Origin: a virus
Lineage: Duplodnaviria; Caudoviricetes
DNA: 64,000 nucleotides
Strand: one strand, 5' to 3'
Virus record (IMG/VR): IMGVR_UViG_3300020463_000001
Span: 64,001 to 128,000 of that record
Shown here: positions 49,261-58,512 of the stretch, piece by piece
How positions within the stretch are numbered: the stretch's first letter is position 1
How the letters are laid out: each line of letters opens with the position of its first letter
The notes under the pieces: model-generated
What the model saw: only the letters and a program-made list of their open reading frames with translations
The model's database searches: none
What the model was told of the DNA's origin: nothing
Program-made: the position numbers and the translations under genes

Positions 49261-52200
49261 ATGGCTGACGCACAACTATCAACGTCGATAACATCAATTA
49301 GCGAAAGAGCATCAGAGGTCGCCGTATCGGCCTCTGCGGATGAGTTACAGAAAATATCTAGAGTTGCTCCAAGTCTTGAACAATCAGAAAACGCAGCATT
49401 AGAAGTTGCAATCAACACCAGAGCAGCAGCAATTGCTGGAACTGCGTCTGCGTCTGACTTGAAGAAGATTGGAAAAGCAATCGGAAATATGTTGGAACCG
49501 CAAACTGCTTCTGTATCAGGAGAGTTTATTGGTTCTCAAACCAATCATTCTGGAAAATTCTTTTCTACAAATGGAACTGCGAAGAACTGGGGTGGAGTCA
49601 CTATGGGTGGTCTTCAACAGGTTCAGTTGTCTACAATAGAGAACGATCAGACACTTGTGTATAATAGTGTCAGCGGTAAATTTGAAAACTCTTCAAGAGC
49701 ATTTGATATTCCACAATACTCACTAACACAAAATCTACCAGCGTCTGCAAATGCTGGTGAAGTTGTTTTTGATGTTCAGTCATCTCAACTCAAATACTGG
49801 AACGGAACGGAATGGAAGGTTGCGGCGGTTGTTGCGACAGGTGGAACTGCTGGTGGAGTAACTTGGACAAGAGGGTCTAGTTTCAATATAGCACACCCAG
49901 AATCAAATTTGACTCCATCCTACGGTGGATGGGAGACTGGGCCAGCGACACAGGGCCCTCCTCGTATTGATGCATATGGAAATTATCTTGCGATAGCAGA
50001 TAGTTTTAATCAGTCAGACAATAGTGGCAATGCAAATGCCAGAAGAGGTAGAGTTTATATTTACGATATGTCAAACTCTTCTACTGTGCCAATAAGAACT
50101 TATAAATCAGAATCTATCAATTCCTATGATAGTCAAGAGTTCGGTAAAAGAATAAAGTTCTGGAAAAATCCATCCAATGATAAACTTTATGTTCTTATTT
50201 CGCTGCACGGCGCAACTCAAACGTATGCATTCAATGTAACCGATGGTTCTTTATCACCGGAATTTCAATTCGGAGGATATTCTAGTGGATTTAGTTCTCA
50301 GAATAAGGGAGTTATTACTCCAGACGGAAATTATTATATATTGCCTGGTGGGGCCCCTAGAGGAGTTTATGTATACGATTTGATTAATACTCAAACGACA
50401 CACAAATGGTTTGTTGGAAAGAATACCAGTAATGGCCAGGAGTTGCGTGATTATAACGGCATTTTTGTAGATGCATCTACAGGAAAACTCATTATTACGG
50501 ATCCATATGCTAATAGTAATACGGGCCAGGTCGAGATATATGACATATCTGATTTATCAACTCAGGCCCCGAATTTACTAGCGTCATATTATTTTGATAG
50601 TCCGTATGGCAGCGCATATTATGGTTATACTGCTGCATATGATCCAAGTTCACAATATTTATATCTTGGACATGATAGTAGTGGTGGTGGACAAGTTGAT
50701 AATCCTCCTGTATATGTTTATGATGTTTCTGCCCTTACATCAACGGATGGAGGGAAACACGCTTTACCTACTCCAGTAATTTCAATACCAAATCCCAGAG
50801 TGGATGAAAGTGGCAACGCATATCCAAAAAATTCTCATGTAGGCTGGACAAGAGGCGGAATTCACATCTTAAGTGATAGATTATATATCGCAGATAGTAG
50901 TGGAACTTCCAACGGCGCAGTAGGGAATGGTGTCATTCATGTATTCAATAAGTCTGACGGATCTCATTTAGAAACAATAGCAAATCCACATCCAGAACTG
51001 AGAGCAAGATTCGCAAGACAAGGTTTTGTTATTGGAGAAGATCCAGATTCAGACACTGCATATCTTATGGGAACAGCAAATGTTAATTCCGGAGCTGGCG
51101 AAGGACAATACTGGAATAATGAAACAGATTATATGGCAATGGGATATGTATTCACTAAAGATTCTGCATCCAGTGGTTCTGGAGAAAGTTCTAGTTCGCC
51201 CACATCGTCAATACAGTTCGATGGTTCGGATGATTACTTAACCGTAGATTTCCAATCAACTGTCATTTCTTCCAATGAAGAGTTTACTGTAGAATTTTGG
51301 ATTTCCCCAAATGATCTTGCTAACAATTATGGCAACGGATTATTGAACTTTACAAATAATTTGGGAACATATGAAAAGTTATTGTATATTTCTAGCACAG
51401 GAAATGTCTCTTTGTATAATAACGGAGATATTACATCCAACTCCGGAGGTGGTCTTACTGTAGATGGGTGGCACCATATTGCATTGACTAGACAATCTGA
51501 TAATTACATTAGAATTTATATTGATGGCCAATTAATAAATACATCGTCTAGTCAGTGGGATGTGGAATTACCAAGATATCTTGAAATAGGAAGGGTTAGT
51601 TCCACTACTGGATATTTTGATGGAGAGCTTGCAGATTTGCGTATCGTTAAAGGCACATCGGTCTATAACGCAAACTTCACTCCGACAACATCGCCACTAG
51701 GAGATGTCGCAGGAACATCACTACTAATATCTAGCAGCAACACTACAGATATTGTTGATGCGTCTTCATCTAATGAAACTATAACTGCATCCGGCAGTCC
51801 TACTGTTGTTACAGACACTCCATATACAGCATCTGGTGGTGGTTCTGAACAATCCTCTGAAAGTTCTGGAGAATCCACTCCGACAATTACATATAAGATG
51901 GTTGTGGGTGCGGATAGAGACGATGATAATGGTGGATTACAAACTGGATCTGTTTATGTATACGATCTAGATGGTTCTAATGAAGTCAAAATAACCGCAA
52001 GTGATGCTCAACAGGGGGATCAATTCGGAAGAGATGTGGCAACCGGAAACGATAAAATTGTAGTCGGTGCATATAAAGAAGATACTAGAGGTGACGCAGC
52101 AGGAAAGGCATACATTTACGATCTAGATGGAACTAATGAAGTCATATTGTGTCCTACCGATCTTTCCGCTGGTGACAATTTTGGTGTCGCGGTTGCGGCT

Positions 52201-54174
52201 GGAAATAATAAAGTTGCTGTCGGTGCAAACGCACAATCAGACTATGATGGGGCCGTGTATGTCTATGATCTAGACGGAACCAACGAAGTTAAAATAACTC
52301 CTAGTGCCGGAGCAGGCAATAGTTTCGGAAGATCTGTAGTTATTGGACATAATAAATTGGCAGTTGGTGCTGAAGGTAACGGCGGTGCTGGAGCCGTATG
52401 TGTCTACGATTTAGACGGAACCAACGAGGTTATAATAACTGGCAGTGATTCAACTCCCAATGCAAGATTTGGTTCATATGAACAATCTCTTGCTATTGGA
52501 GAAAATAAAATTGTAGTTGGCGCATCACAACAAACAGGGCCAGGTGGAGTAGATAGCGGACAAAATAATTATGGAGCCGTATATGTCTATGATTTAGATG
52601 GAACCAACGAAGTTAAAATAACTGCTAGTGATGCTGGAACTGAACATGATTATTTTGGATGGTCGGTTGCGGTAGGAGAAAGCAAAATCGCAGTTGGTGC
52701 TAGATTCCAAGATAGTGCAGTGAATAATGGAGGAAAGGTCTATCTTTACGACTTAGATGGAAGTAATGAAATTCAAATTGTTGCAAGCGATCCTGATGTC
52801 GATGATAACTTTGGTTTTGATGTTGCAATTGCAAACGGAAAAGTTATTGTAGGATCTAATGATGATAAGACTGGAGCAAATAATGGCGCAGTTTACGTCT
52901 ATGATCTAGACGGATCTAATGAGGTTAAAGTTCTTGCAAGTGATGGAGCAATTAGTGATCTCTTCGGCCAATCAATTGCAGTTCCTACAGTCGCAGGAGT
53001 TACTTCTTCTGGAAGTTCTTCTAGCTCATCCACACCAGTAGATTGGAGTCCGCTCACATTGATACAGACTGCTGGTAAGAGTGTACACACTATTACTGGT
53101 GGAACTACAGGAGAGTCAGATCTTGCAGTAGATATGACAGAAACATACACAGTTCTTGGAGTAGACAAAGCATATAGTGGTTACGGATCAGCATATATTA
53201 TAGATACTGTATCTGGAAATGTTACTGCGACCATAAACAATCCCAATCCGTTAACATCAGGAAGTTTCGCAAGAAGAAACTCTGTCGGCACAGACGGTGT
53301 TCATGTTGTTCTTGGTAATAGGGATCAAGATGAAGTATATGTCTACAATATGTCAGGACAAATTCAAAGAACTATCAGTGGCCCTGACTCCGGCGCAATG
53401 TTCGGTCACTCTGTTAAGATTGATGGAGACTATATCGTAGTCGGTGGATATAATCAAGATAAGGCATATATCTGTTCTACATCAACAGGTGCGGTTCTAT
53501 ATACATTGACAAATCCAAATGTATACGGATCTACTCCGGATCAGTTCGGTCAGGTAGTTGATATTTCCGGAAACTTCATGGTAGTTTCTACTGTAGAAGA
53601 AGATGCTGCAGATGGAAGTAACTCAGGTGTCGCATATGTGTATACTGTAGATGCTGGTAGTTTACTTCATACATTTGTCAATCCAAACGCACATGGAACA
53701 AGTGCCTTGGATAACTTTGGAATTGATTGTGCTCTTGATGGAAACTACCTCGTAGTGGGTGCTTTTGGGGAATCTGACGCTGCTGTAGGGTCTGGTTCTG
53801 GTAAGGCGTACTTCTACAATGTCGCAACAGGAACACTCTTACACACCATTGACAACCCAAATCCGGACAGCGGAACTGAAGTAGATTACATGGGTTGGTC
53901 AGTTGATGTTGAAGGTCAAACCGCAATAGTCAGTGCATGGTATGAGACTGGAGCTGCAGGAGCAGACTCTGGTAAGTGTTACCTCTATGATGTAGTATCA
54001 GGAAATCTATTACATACCATTGAAGATCCAAATGTATATTCTGGTGGGGGAACTGATGATAGATTTGGTTCAGAAGTTGCAATATCAGGAACTTTCATAG
54101 CAATCTCCGCAAAGGGCGAAGATCATGCAAGTCAAAATAATGTTGGCGCAATCTATGTATTCAAAGGAGAATAA
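49261..54174 (+). CDS. Paralog family B member 4: large adhesin with three beta-propellers (FG-GAP-like) and a LamG domain
   Basis: N-module closest to 47147; LamG signature SIQFDGSDDYL..FTVEFWI..WHHIALTR..YIDG..LRIVKG; seven VVGA..G.VYVYDLDG.NEVKI..SD..FG blades; further NPN..D.FG..V.ISG blades. Confidence 0.78.
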   Translation: MADAQLSTSITSISERASEVAVSASADELQKISRVAPSLEQSENAALEVAINTRAAAIAGTASASDLKKIGKAIGNMLEPQTASVSGEFIGSQTNHSGKFFSTNGTAKNWGGVTMGGLQQVQLSTIENDQTLVYNSVSGKFENSSRAFDIPQYSLTQNLPASANAGEVVFDVQSSQLKYWNGTEWKVAAVVATGGTAGGVTWTRGSSFNIAHPESNLTPSYGGWETGPATQGPPRIDAYGNYLAIADSFNQSDNSGNANARRGRVYIYDMSNSSTVPIRTYKSESINSYDSQEFGKRIKFWKNPSNDKLYVLISLHGATQTYAFNVTDGSLSPEFQFGGYSSGFSSQNKGVITPDGNYYILPGGAPRGVYVYDLINTQTTHKWFVGKNTSNGQELRDYNGIFVDASTGKLIITDPYANSNTGQVEIYDISDLSTQAPNLLASYYFDSPYGSAYYGYTAAYDPSSQYLYLGHDSSGGGQVDNPPVYVYDVSALTSTDGGKHALPTPVISIPNPRVDESGNAYPKNSHVGWTRGGIHILSDRLYIADSSGTSNGAVGNGVIHVFNKSDGSHLETIANPHPELRARFARQGFVIGEDPDSDTAYLMGTANVNSGAGEGQYWNNETDYMAMGYVFTKDSASSGSGESSSSPTSSIQFDGSDDYLTVDFQSTVISSNEEFTVEFWISPNDLANNYGNGLLNFTNNLGTYEKLLYISSTGNVSLYNNGDITSNSGGGLTVDGWHHIALTRQSDNYIRIYIDGQLINTSSSQWDVELPRYLEIGRVSSTTGYFDGELADLRIVKGTSVYNANFTPTTSPLGDVAGTSLLISSSNTTDIVDASSSNETITASGSPTVVTDTPYTASGGGSEQSSESSGESTPTITYKMVVGADRDDDNGGLQTGSVYVYDLDGSNEVKITASDAQQGDQFGRDVATGNDKIVVGAYKEDTRGDAAGKAYIYDLDGTNEVILCPTDLSAGDNFGVAVAAGNNKVAVGANAQSDYDGAVYVYDLDGTNEVKITPSAGAGNSFGRSVVIGHNKLAVGAEGNGGAGAVCVYDLDGTNEVIITGSDSTPNARFGSYEQSLAIGENKIVVGASQQTGPGGVDSGQNNYGAVYVYDLDGTNEVKITASDAGTEHDYFGWSVAVGESKIAVGARFQDSAVNNGGKVYLYDLDGSNEIQIVASDPDVDDNFGFDVAIANGKVIVGSNDDKTGANNGAVYVYDLDGSNEVKVLASDGAISDLFGQSIAVPTVAGVTSSGSSSSSSTPVDWSPLTLIQTAGKSVHTITGGTTGESDLAVDMTETYTVLGVDKAYSGYGSAYIIDTVSGNVTATINNPNPLTSGSFARRNSVGTDGVHVVLGNRDQDEVYVYNMSGQIQRTISGPDSGAMFGHSVKIDGDYIVVGGYNQDKAYICSTSTGAVLYTLTNPNVYGSTPDQFGQVVDISGNFMVVSTVEEDAADGSNSGVAYVYTVDAGSLLHTFVNPNAHGTSALDNFGIDCALDGNYLVVGAFGESDAAVGSGSGKAYFYNVATGTLLHTIDNPNPDSGTEVDYMGWSVDVEGQTAIVSAWYETGAAGADSGKCYLYDVVSGNLLHTIEDPNVYSGGGTDDRFGSEVAISGTFIAISAKGEDHASQNNVGAIYVFKGE
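51895..52980 (+). repeat. Seven FG-GAP-like beta-propeller blades, similar at DNA level
   Basis: Recurring gtctatgatctagacggaaccaacgaagttaaaataact-like sequence (52261-52299, 52402-52440, 52585-52623); peptide YDLDG(S/T)NE x7. Confidence 0.85.
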
Positions 54175-54178
54175 TTAA

Positions 54179-56176
54179 ATGGCTAATACGTTTACCGCAA
54201 GAGATACACTCAAGACAAAACTACTCGCAGCATTAAGTAGTGCTACTAATGCAGATCAAATTGTCAAGTTATCTAGAACAATAGAAAAAGCAAACCTAGA
54301 CGATGATGCAGATCTAGAAACCGCATTGGACACAAAAGTATCTGCAATGGCAACTACTGCCTCTACAGGAGATATTGAGAAACTTGCGTTTGGTGTCAAG
54401 AAATTAAGAACTTCTGAGACTGCAACAGATCCAGTTTCTAGTATGATCCCAGAAGGTTCTAGTAATCTTTATGTAACTGATTCTAGAGTTAGAAGTTCTT
54501 TTAGTGCAACTGGAGATTTATCTTATGATTCCGGAACTGGTGTCTTATCTTACACTGCATTACCAGATGCGTTAACAGTTTATGCGACAGTTGCAGATTT
54601 ACCCTTACCCGAAAATACTCCTTCTGGTGCAAAGGGAATAGTTGAAGAGAACAAGAAACTTTATATTAACACAGGATCTGCATGGCTTAATGTAGGTCTT
54701 GTAGATCAGAAACCAAACTTCACAACAACACCAGACGGTTCATATACATTGAGCCCAGGCGCAGATACAGTTATTACCTTGTCTGCTACTGATCCTCAAG
54801 GAGATCCTATCACATTTTCTCATGTGGTATCTGTAGGGTCTTTGGGAGGAACTACAGTGTCACAATCCGGTAATGTCTTCACAATCACAGGAAGTTCTGA
54901 TACTAACGATACTGCCCCCTTCTCAATAACATTTAGAGCAAGTGACGGAACAAATATTACAGATACAACTTCAGAATTCACAGTGCAATTTACAGTAGTG
55001 CCTAACTGGGGTGCGTTAGATGGAAATTACGAAACTCTTGTATCAGGACAGGCGAACGGCGCAGAGCTCGGAGCCGCGTTAAGACTTGCAGGAGATTATC
55101 TAATTGCGGTACAGCAAAGTGGTACACTTTATTGGGGATTTGATATGAGTTCTCAAACTGGACAAGTAAGTTCTTCAAGTGCTCTTTGGCAATCGAACTT
55201 GACTGGGTATATGCAGCATTATTCTGATTCACTTGCGGGAAATGAACACTTCTTTGTTACATCATTGGCAAATACCGCCCATGGCCACAGTGCAAGCGGT
55301 ATGGCTGTTGTAAGACCATCAGATGGTCATGTATATGGATACTTATTTGATGCTGCAGTAGGTACTAGTTTGGGGTATGGTGTTGCACTTTACGGCGATG
55401 GCCCTTGGTATGTCTTTAGTGCTCATCAACATAATAACCATCATTTTTTATTTAAAATTAATTCATTAGAACCATTCAATTTCGAACTGGTATCGCATGG
55501 CAAAAATGTTGGAGAAGCATTTCTGGATAGTTCGGTAGTTAACGAAGGGGGGCTTCATGGATCTGAGGTTTCTCTTGGAGATAACTTAGTAGTAATGTCA
55601 GCATTTAACGCACCTTGGAATGGTGTTAATGGGGCGAGAAATAATGGTTCAGTTCACCTTTACGATTATGCAGGGTCATTGCAATCATCTTTGTATTCTC
55701 CTTTAGGAGAACCGGATGCAAACCGAGAAAATGGATTCGGTGGGGGAAATAATAGATCCGGAGGAACTCATGTTGATGGCAATACTCTGTATGTGGGAGA
55801 ACAAGGAAATACATACGGATCCAATAATACGGATGGAGCAATCCATATATACGATATAAGTGATGTAACCTCGCCAACTCTTACCCAGACCATCAGACCA
55901 TCAGATCTTGGTCTGAGTAATGCGGTTCATTTTGGAAGGTCAATCCAAGTTTCCCAGACATCAATGTTGATATCTTATAAAAATTCTAGCAACAATGGGG
56001 AAGCATATGCAATTGTTGATACTTCTGATATGTCACTGAAAAAGAATTTCTCATCCGTTATGGGATTCGCAGGGTGGCCAAGAAACTCAATTTCAGTCAA
56101 CTCTTCTGGTATCGGAACTTTTGCTTATTGGGTCTACGATAGTAAGGGAAAGATCGCTGTCCACAGAACAACTTAA
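54179..56176 (+). CDS. Paralog family B member 5: N-module + shaft + cadherin-like Ig + beta-propeller
   Basis: IPEGSSNLYVTD..TGDLSYDSGTG; VITLSATDPQGDPITFS..FRASDG Ig domain; propeller-like C-terminal half. Confidence 0.72.
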   Translation: MANTFTARDTLKTKLLAALSSATNADQIVKLSRTIEKANLDDDADLETALDTKVSAMATTASTGDIEKLAFGVKKLRTSETATDPVSSMIPEGSSNLYVTDSRVRSSFSATGDLSYDSGTGVLSYTALPDALTVYATVADLPLPENTPSGAKGIVEENKKLYINTGSAWLNVGLVDQKPNFTTTPDGSYTLSPGADTVITLSATDPQGDPITFSHVVSVGSLGGTTVSQSGNVFTITGSSDTNDTAPFSITFRASDGTNITDTTSEFTVQFTVVPNWGALDGNYETLVSGQANGAELGAALRLAGDYLIAVQQSGTLYWGFDMSSQTGQVSSSSALWQSNLTGYMQHYSDSLAGNEHFFVTSLANTAHGHSASGMAVVRPSDGHVYGYLFDAAVGTSLGYGVALYGDGPWYVFSAHQHNNHHFLFKINSLEPFNFELVSHGKNVGEAFLDSSVVNEGGLHGSEVSLGDNLVVMSAFNAPWNGVNGARNNGSVHLYDYAGSLQSSLYSPLGEPDANRENGFGGGNNRSGGTHVDGNTLYVGEQGNTYGSNNTDGAIHIYDISDVTSPTLTQTIRPSDLGLSNAVHFGRSIQVSQTSMLISYKNSSNNGEAYAIVDTSDMSLKKNFSSVMGFAGWPRNSISVNSSGIGTFAYWVYDSKGKIAVHRTT

Positions 56177-56194
56177 TTTAAATAGGAAACAATA

Positions 56195-58486
56195 ATGCCT
56201 AATACTAATTTAGAAAACTCAAAGACCAACATGAAGACTCGTATTAGAAATCGAGTCCAAGCTGGTCAAACACCAAGAGATCTAGGTAGACTTGCGAAGT
56301 CTGCTAGATTTGTGGGACTCACAGATGACGCAGAAGTAGAATCTGATATTGATACTCAGATGGCTGCTGCGATTCCTGCAGCATCCATAGATGATCTCGT
56401 AGAAATGTCTGAAGGTCTTGCAGAGTTAAGAACTGGTTCTGCAGATATGGGTAGAGTCAGTAATACAGATAATTTAACAGAGGGCGGAAATAAGTTTCTT
56501 AAAGCATCAAACGTACAACCAGCAATAAGTGTCTCTGGAGACTTGTCTTATGACAGTGGTGTGGTTTCATACACTGCTCCGACTTCTGCTGCACTTCAAG
56601 TTGTCGCGACAGTTGGAGATCTTCCTACTGGTGCAAGTCCCGGCGATCAAGCAGTTGTTCAATCCAATAATAAATTGTATATTAGAACTGCAGATGGTTG
56701 GTATGCAACTGCGTTGATTAATACTGCACCAACAGTATCAGGAAACGATGCGACATATACGCTTGCAACAGACGGAAGCCCTACAGTTATTACATTAACC
56801 GCTGTTGATCCAGAGAATGATCCAGTATCATTCTCACATTCAGTGACTTCTGGAGATCTCAATGGAACTACAGTAGATCAGACAGATAATGTCTTTACTA
56901 TCACTCCACACGCATCACAGGCAGCAACATTCGAATTAACATTCTCTGCAGATGACTCAGTAAATGTCACAACTGCAGTTTCAAGTTTTAGTTTAGTGTT
57001 CGGATTAGATTGGAGCAGTCCTACCCAAATAGGATCTAATAGAGACTATGAATTGAATTATGTGTATGAACAAAATGGATTTTATACATACAACGCTTAT
57101 ATTGATCAGTGGCCTGGAGGAGGATCCCAGAGCGCCTTTGGATCTTATTCCAAGAATGGAAAGAGTTGGATGGTTTTTGGAGACTCTCAGGTTAGAGATG
57201 CTAGTACTGACACCAGAGGTTTTATTGCTGGACTAGCACTTCATGATCCATACGGATTTGAAGGAAACAACGGAGGAAACTTTGCAGCGGCAAGGTGGTC
57301 TTTCAAAAATCCAAATATATACACCACTCCACATAATTATGATAATTTCGGGCATAAAGTTGCTGTTTCTCCAAGTGGAACTTATGTTGCGGTTTCCGCT
57401 CAAGAAGAAAACGCACCTCAACTATATGGAAGAAGTTCGGGCGGCCGAGCATATCTTTATAATATAGATACAAATACATATACAACCATAGATGATCCAA
57501 ATATAAGTCATGTCGGAATGTTTGGCCAGGGAATTGCCGTAAGCGACACTCATACTGCTGTCGGGAAAACCGACTACAGCGAACAGGGTGGCGGCATGGC
57601 CGGAAGAGTACACATATTTGACAACGCCACTGGTAATTTTTTAGCATATGTCACTCATGATAGTACTACTTATCAAAGATCAGATTATCCTCAACAATCT
57701 TGGCAATTGCCAGAAGATGGTGATTTATTCGGCGCAAACGTAGTAATGAATAATGAATATTTGTGCGTTGCTGCTGAAAACGAACAACCCGTAAGTGGAC
57801 ATAACGGTGTTGGTGCAGTTTATGTGTATGATATGGCAGATCCTTCCAATCCAAGTTTTTTATATAAGTTACAACCTACCGGATATAGTGGCGCAAATGC
57901 TCCGACATCGATGGTTGGAGTTAATGCACCATATCAAATGAATCATAAGGTTTATTTCGGAGGAAGTAGATCCAACTCTAGCATGGTAATATCTGGAAAT
58001 AAACTTGCTGTGGGTGCTCCTGGCCATTTCACTAATACCCCTCGGCCGGTTGCTGGAAACTATAGTGGTAGTTCTGTATTCGGATGGGATGGAACTGGAT
58101 ATAATCAGGGCCCCGAAGAATCAAGGGGAGGAAAGATATTTATATATGATTTAACTTCTGGAAATCTCATTACAGAAATTGAACATCCCCAGAACTATGG
58201 ATATTCAAATATTTCCGGAAGTCTTGGCGGTGCATACAGTTTAGGTCATGCATTTGCATTCGACGGGGATGTCGTGGTCGCTGGAAGAGGTCGTACTAGA
58301 GATGTAGATGTCTATAGTGCATCTGATGGAAGTATTATAACAACTTTGGTTGATGCAGCTCCATTTACAGGAAGTCTTGATAGGCCTCCTGTAGTATTTC
58401 TACAAGATAACTATATTGTTGCATTAGGTAAAACTGGAGGCAGCAACTCTGGCGGAATGCCAATAGGTAACGTCTGGAAAGCATAA
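56195..58486 (+). CDS. Paralog family B member 6: N-module + shaft + cadherin-like Ig + beta-propeller
   Basis: LTEGGNKF..SGDLSYDSG; VITLTAVDPENDPVSFS..FSADD Ig domain; NFGHKVAVS / FGQGIAVS / FGANVVM FG-GAP-like blades. Confidence 0.72.
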   Translation: MPNTNLENSKTNMKTRIRNRVQAGQTPRDLGRLAKSARFVGLTDDAEVESDIDTQMAAAIPAASIDDLVEMSEGLAELRTGSADMGRVSNTDNLTEGGNKFLKASNVQPAISVSGDLSYDSGVVSYTAPTSAALQVVATVGDLPTGASPGDQAVVQSNNKLYIRTADGWYATALINTAPTVSGNDATYTLATDGSPTVITLTAVDPENDPVSFSHSVTSGDLNGTTVDQTDNVFTITPHASQAATFELTFSADDSVNVTTAVSSFSLVFGLDWSSPTQIGSNRDYELNYVYEQNGFYTYNAYIDQWPGGGSQSAFGSYSKNGKSWMVFGDSQVRDASTDTRGFIAGLALHDPYGFEGNNGGNFAAARWSFKNPNIYTTPHNYDNFGHKVAVSPSGTYVAVSAQEENAPQLYGRSSGGRAYLYNIDTNTYTTIDDPNISHVGMFGQGIAVSDTHTAVGKTDYSEQGGGMAGRVHIFDNATGNFLAYVTHDSTTYQRSDYPQQSWQLPEDGDLFGANVVMNNEYLCVAAENEQPVSGHNGVGAVYVYDMADPSNPSFLYKLQPTGYSGANAPTSMVGVNAPYQMNHKVYFGGSRSNSSMVISGNKLAVGAPGHFTNTPRPVAGNYSGSSVFGWDGTGYNQGPEESRGGKIFIYDLTSGNLITEIEHPQNYGYSNISGSLGGAYSLGHAFAFDGDVVVAGRGRTRDVDVYSASDGSIITTLVDAAPFTGSLDRPPVVFLQDNYIVALGKTGGSNSGGMPIGNVWKA

Positions 58487-58498
58487 TTTAAAATACAA

Positions 58499-58506
58499 TA
58501 TAAATA
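58499..58506 (+). promoter_or_regulatory. T4-type late promoter (TATAAATA)
   Basis: Exact motif 6 nt before the ATG at 58513. Confidence 0.7.
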
Positions 58507-58512
58507 TTCTTT

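Noticed and set aside
49190-49263. Frameshift or readthrough fusing the cargo-less 48666 to 49261
   Set aside because: Clean TAA, a 55-nt spacer with its own AGGGAG RBS, and 49261 has its own full N-module; no slippery site noticed.
47147-58486. Shufflon or invertible tail-fibre cassette
   Set aside because: All genes are co-oriented, each with its own start and N-module; no inverted crossover sites or recombinase seen.
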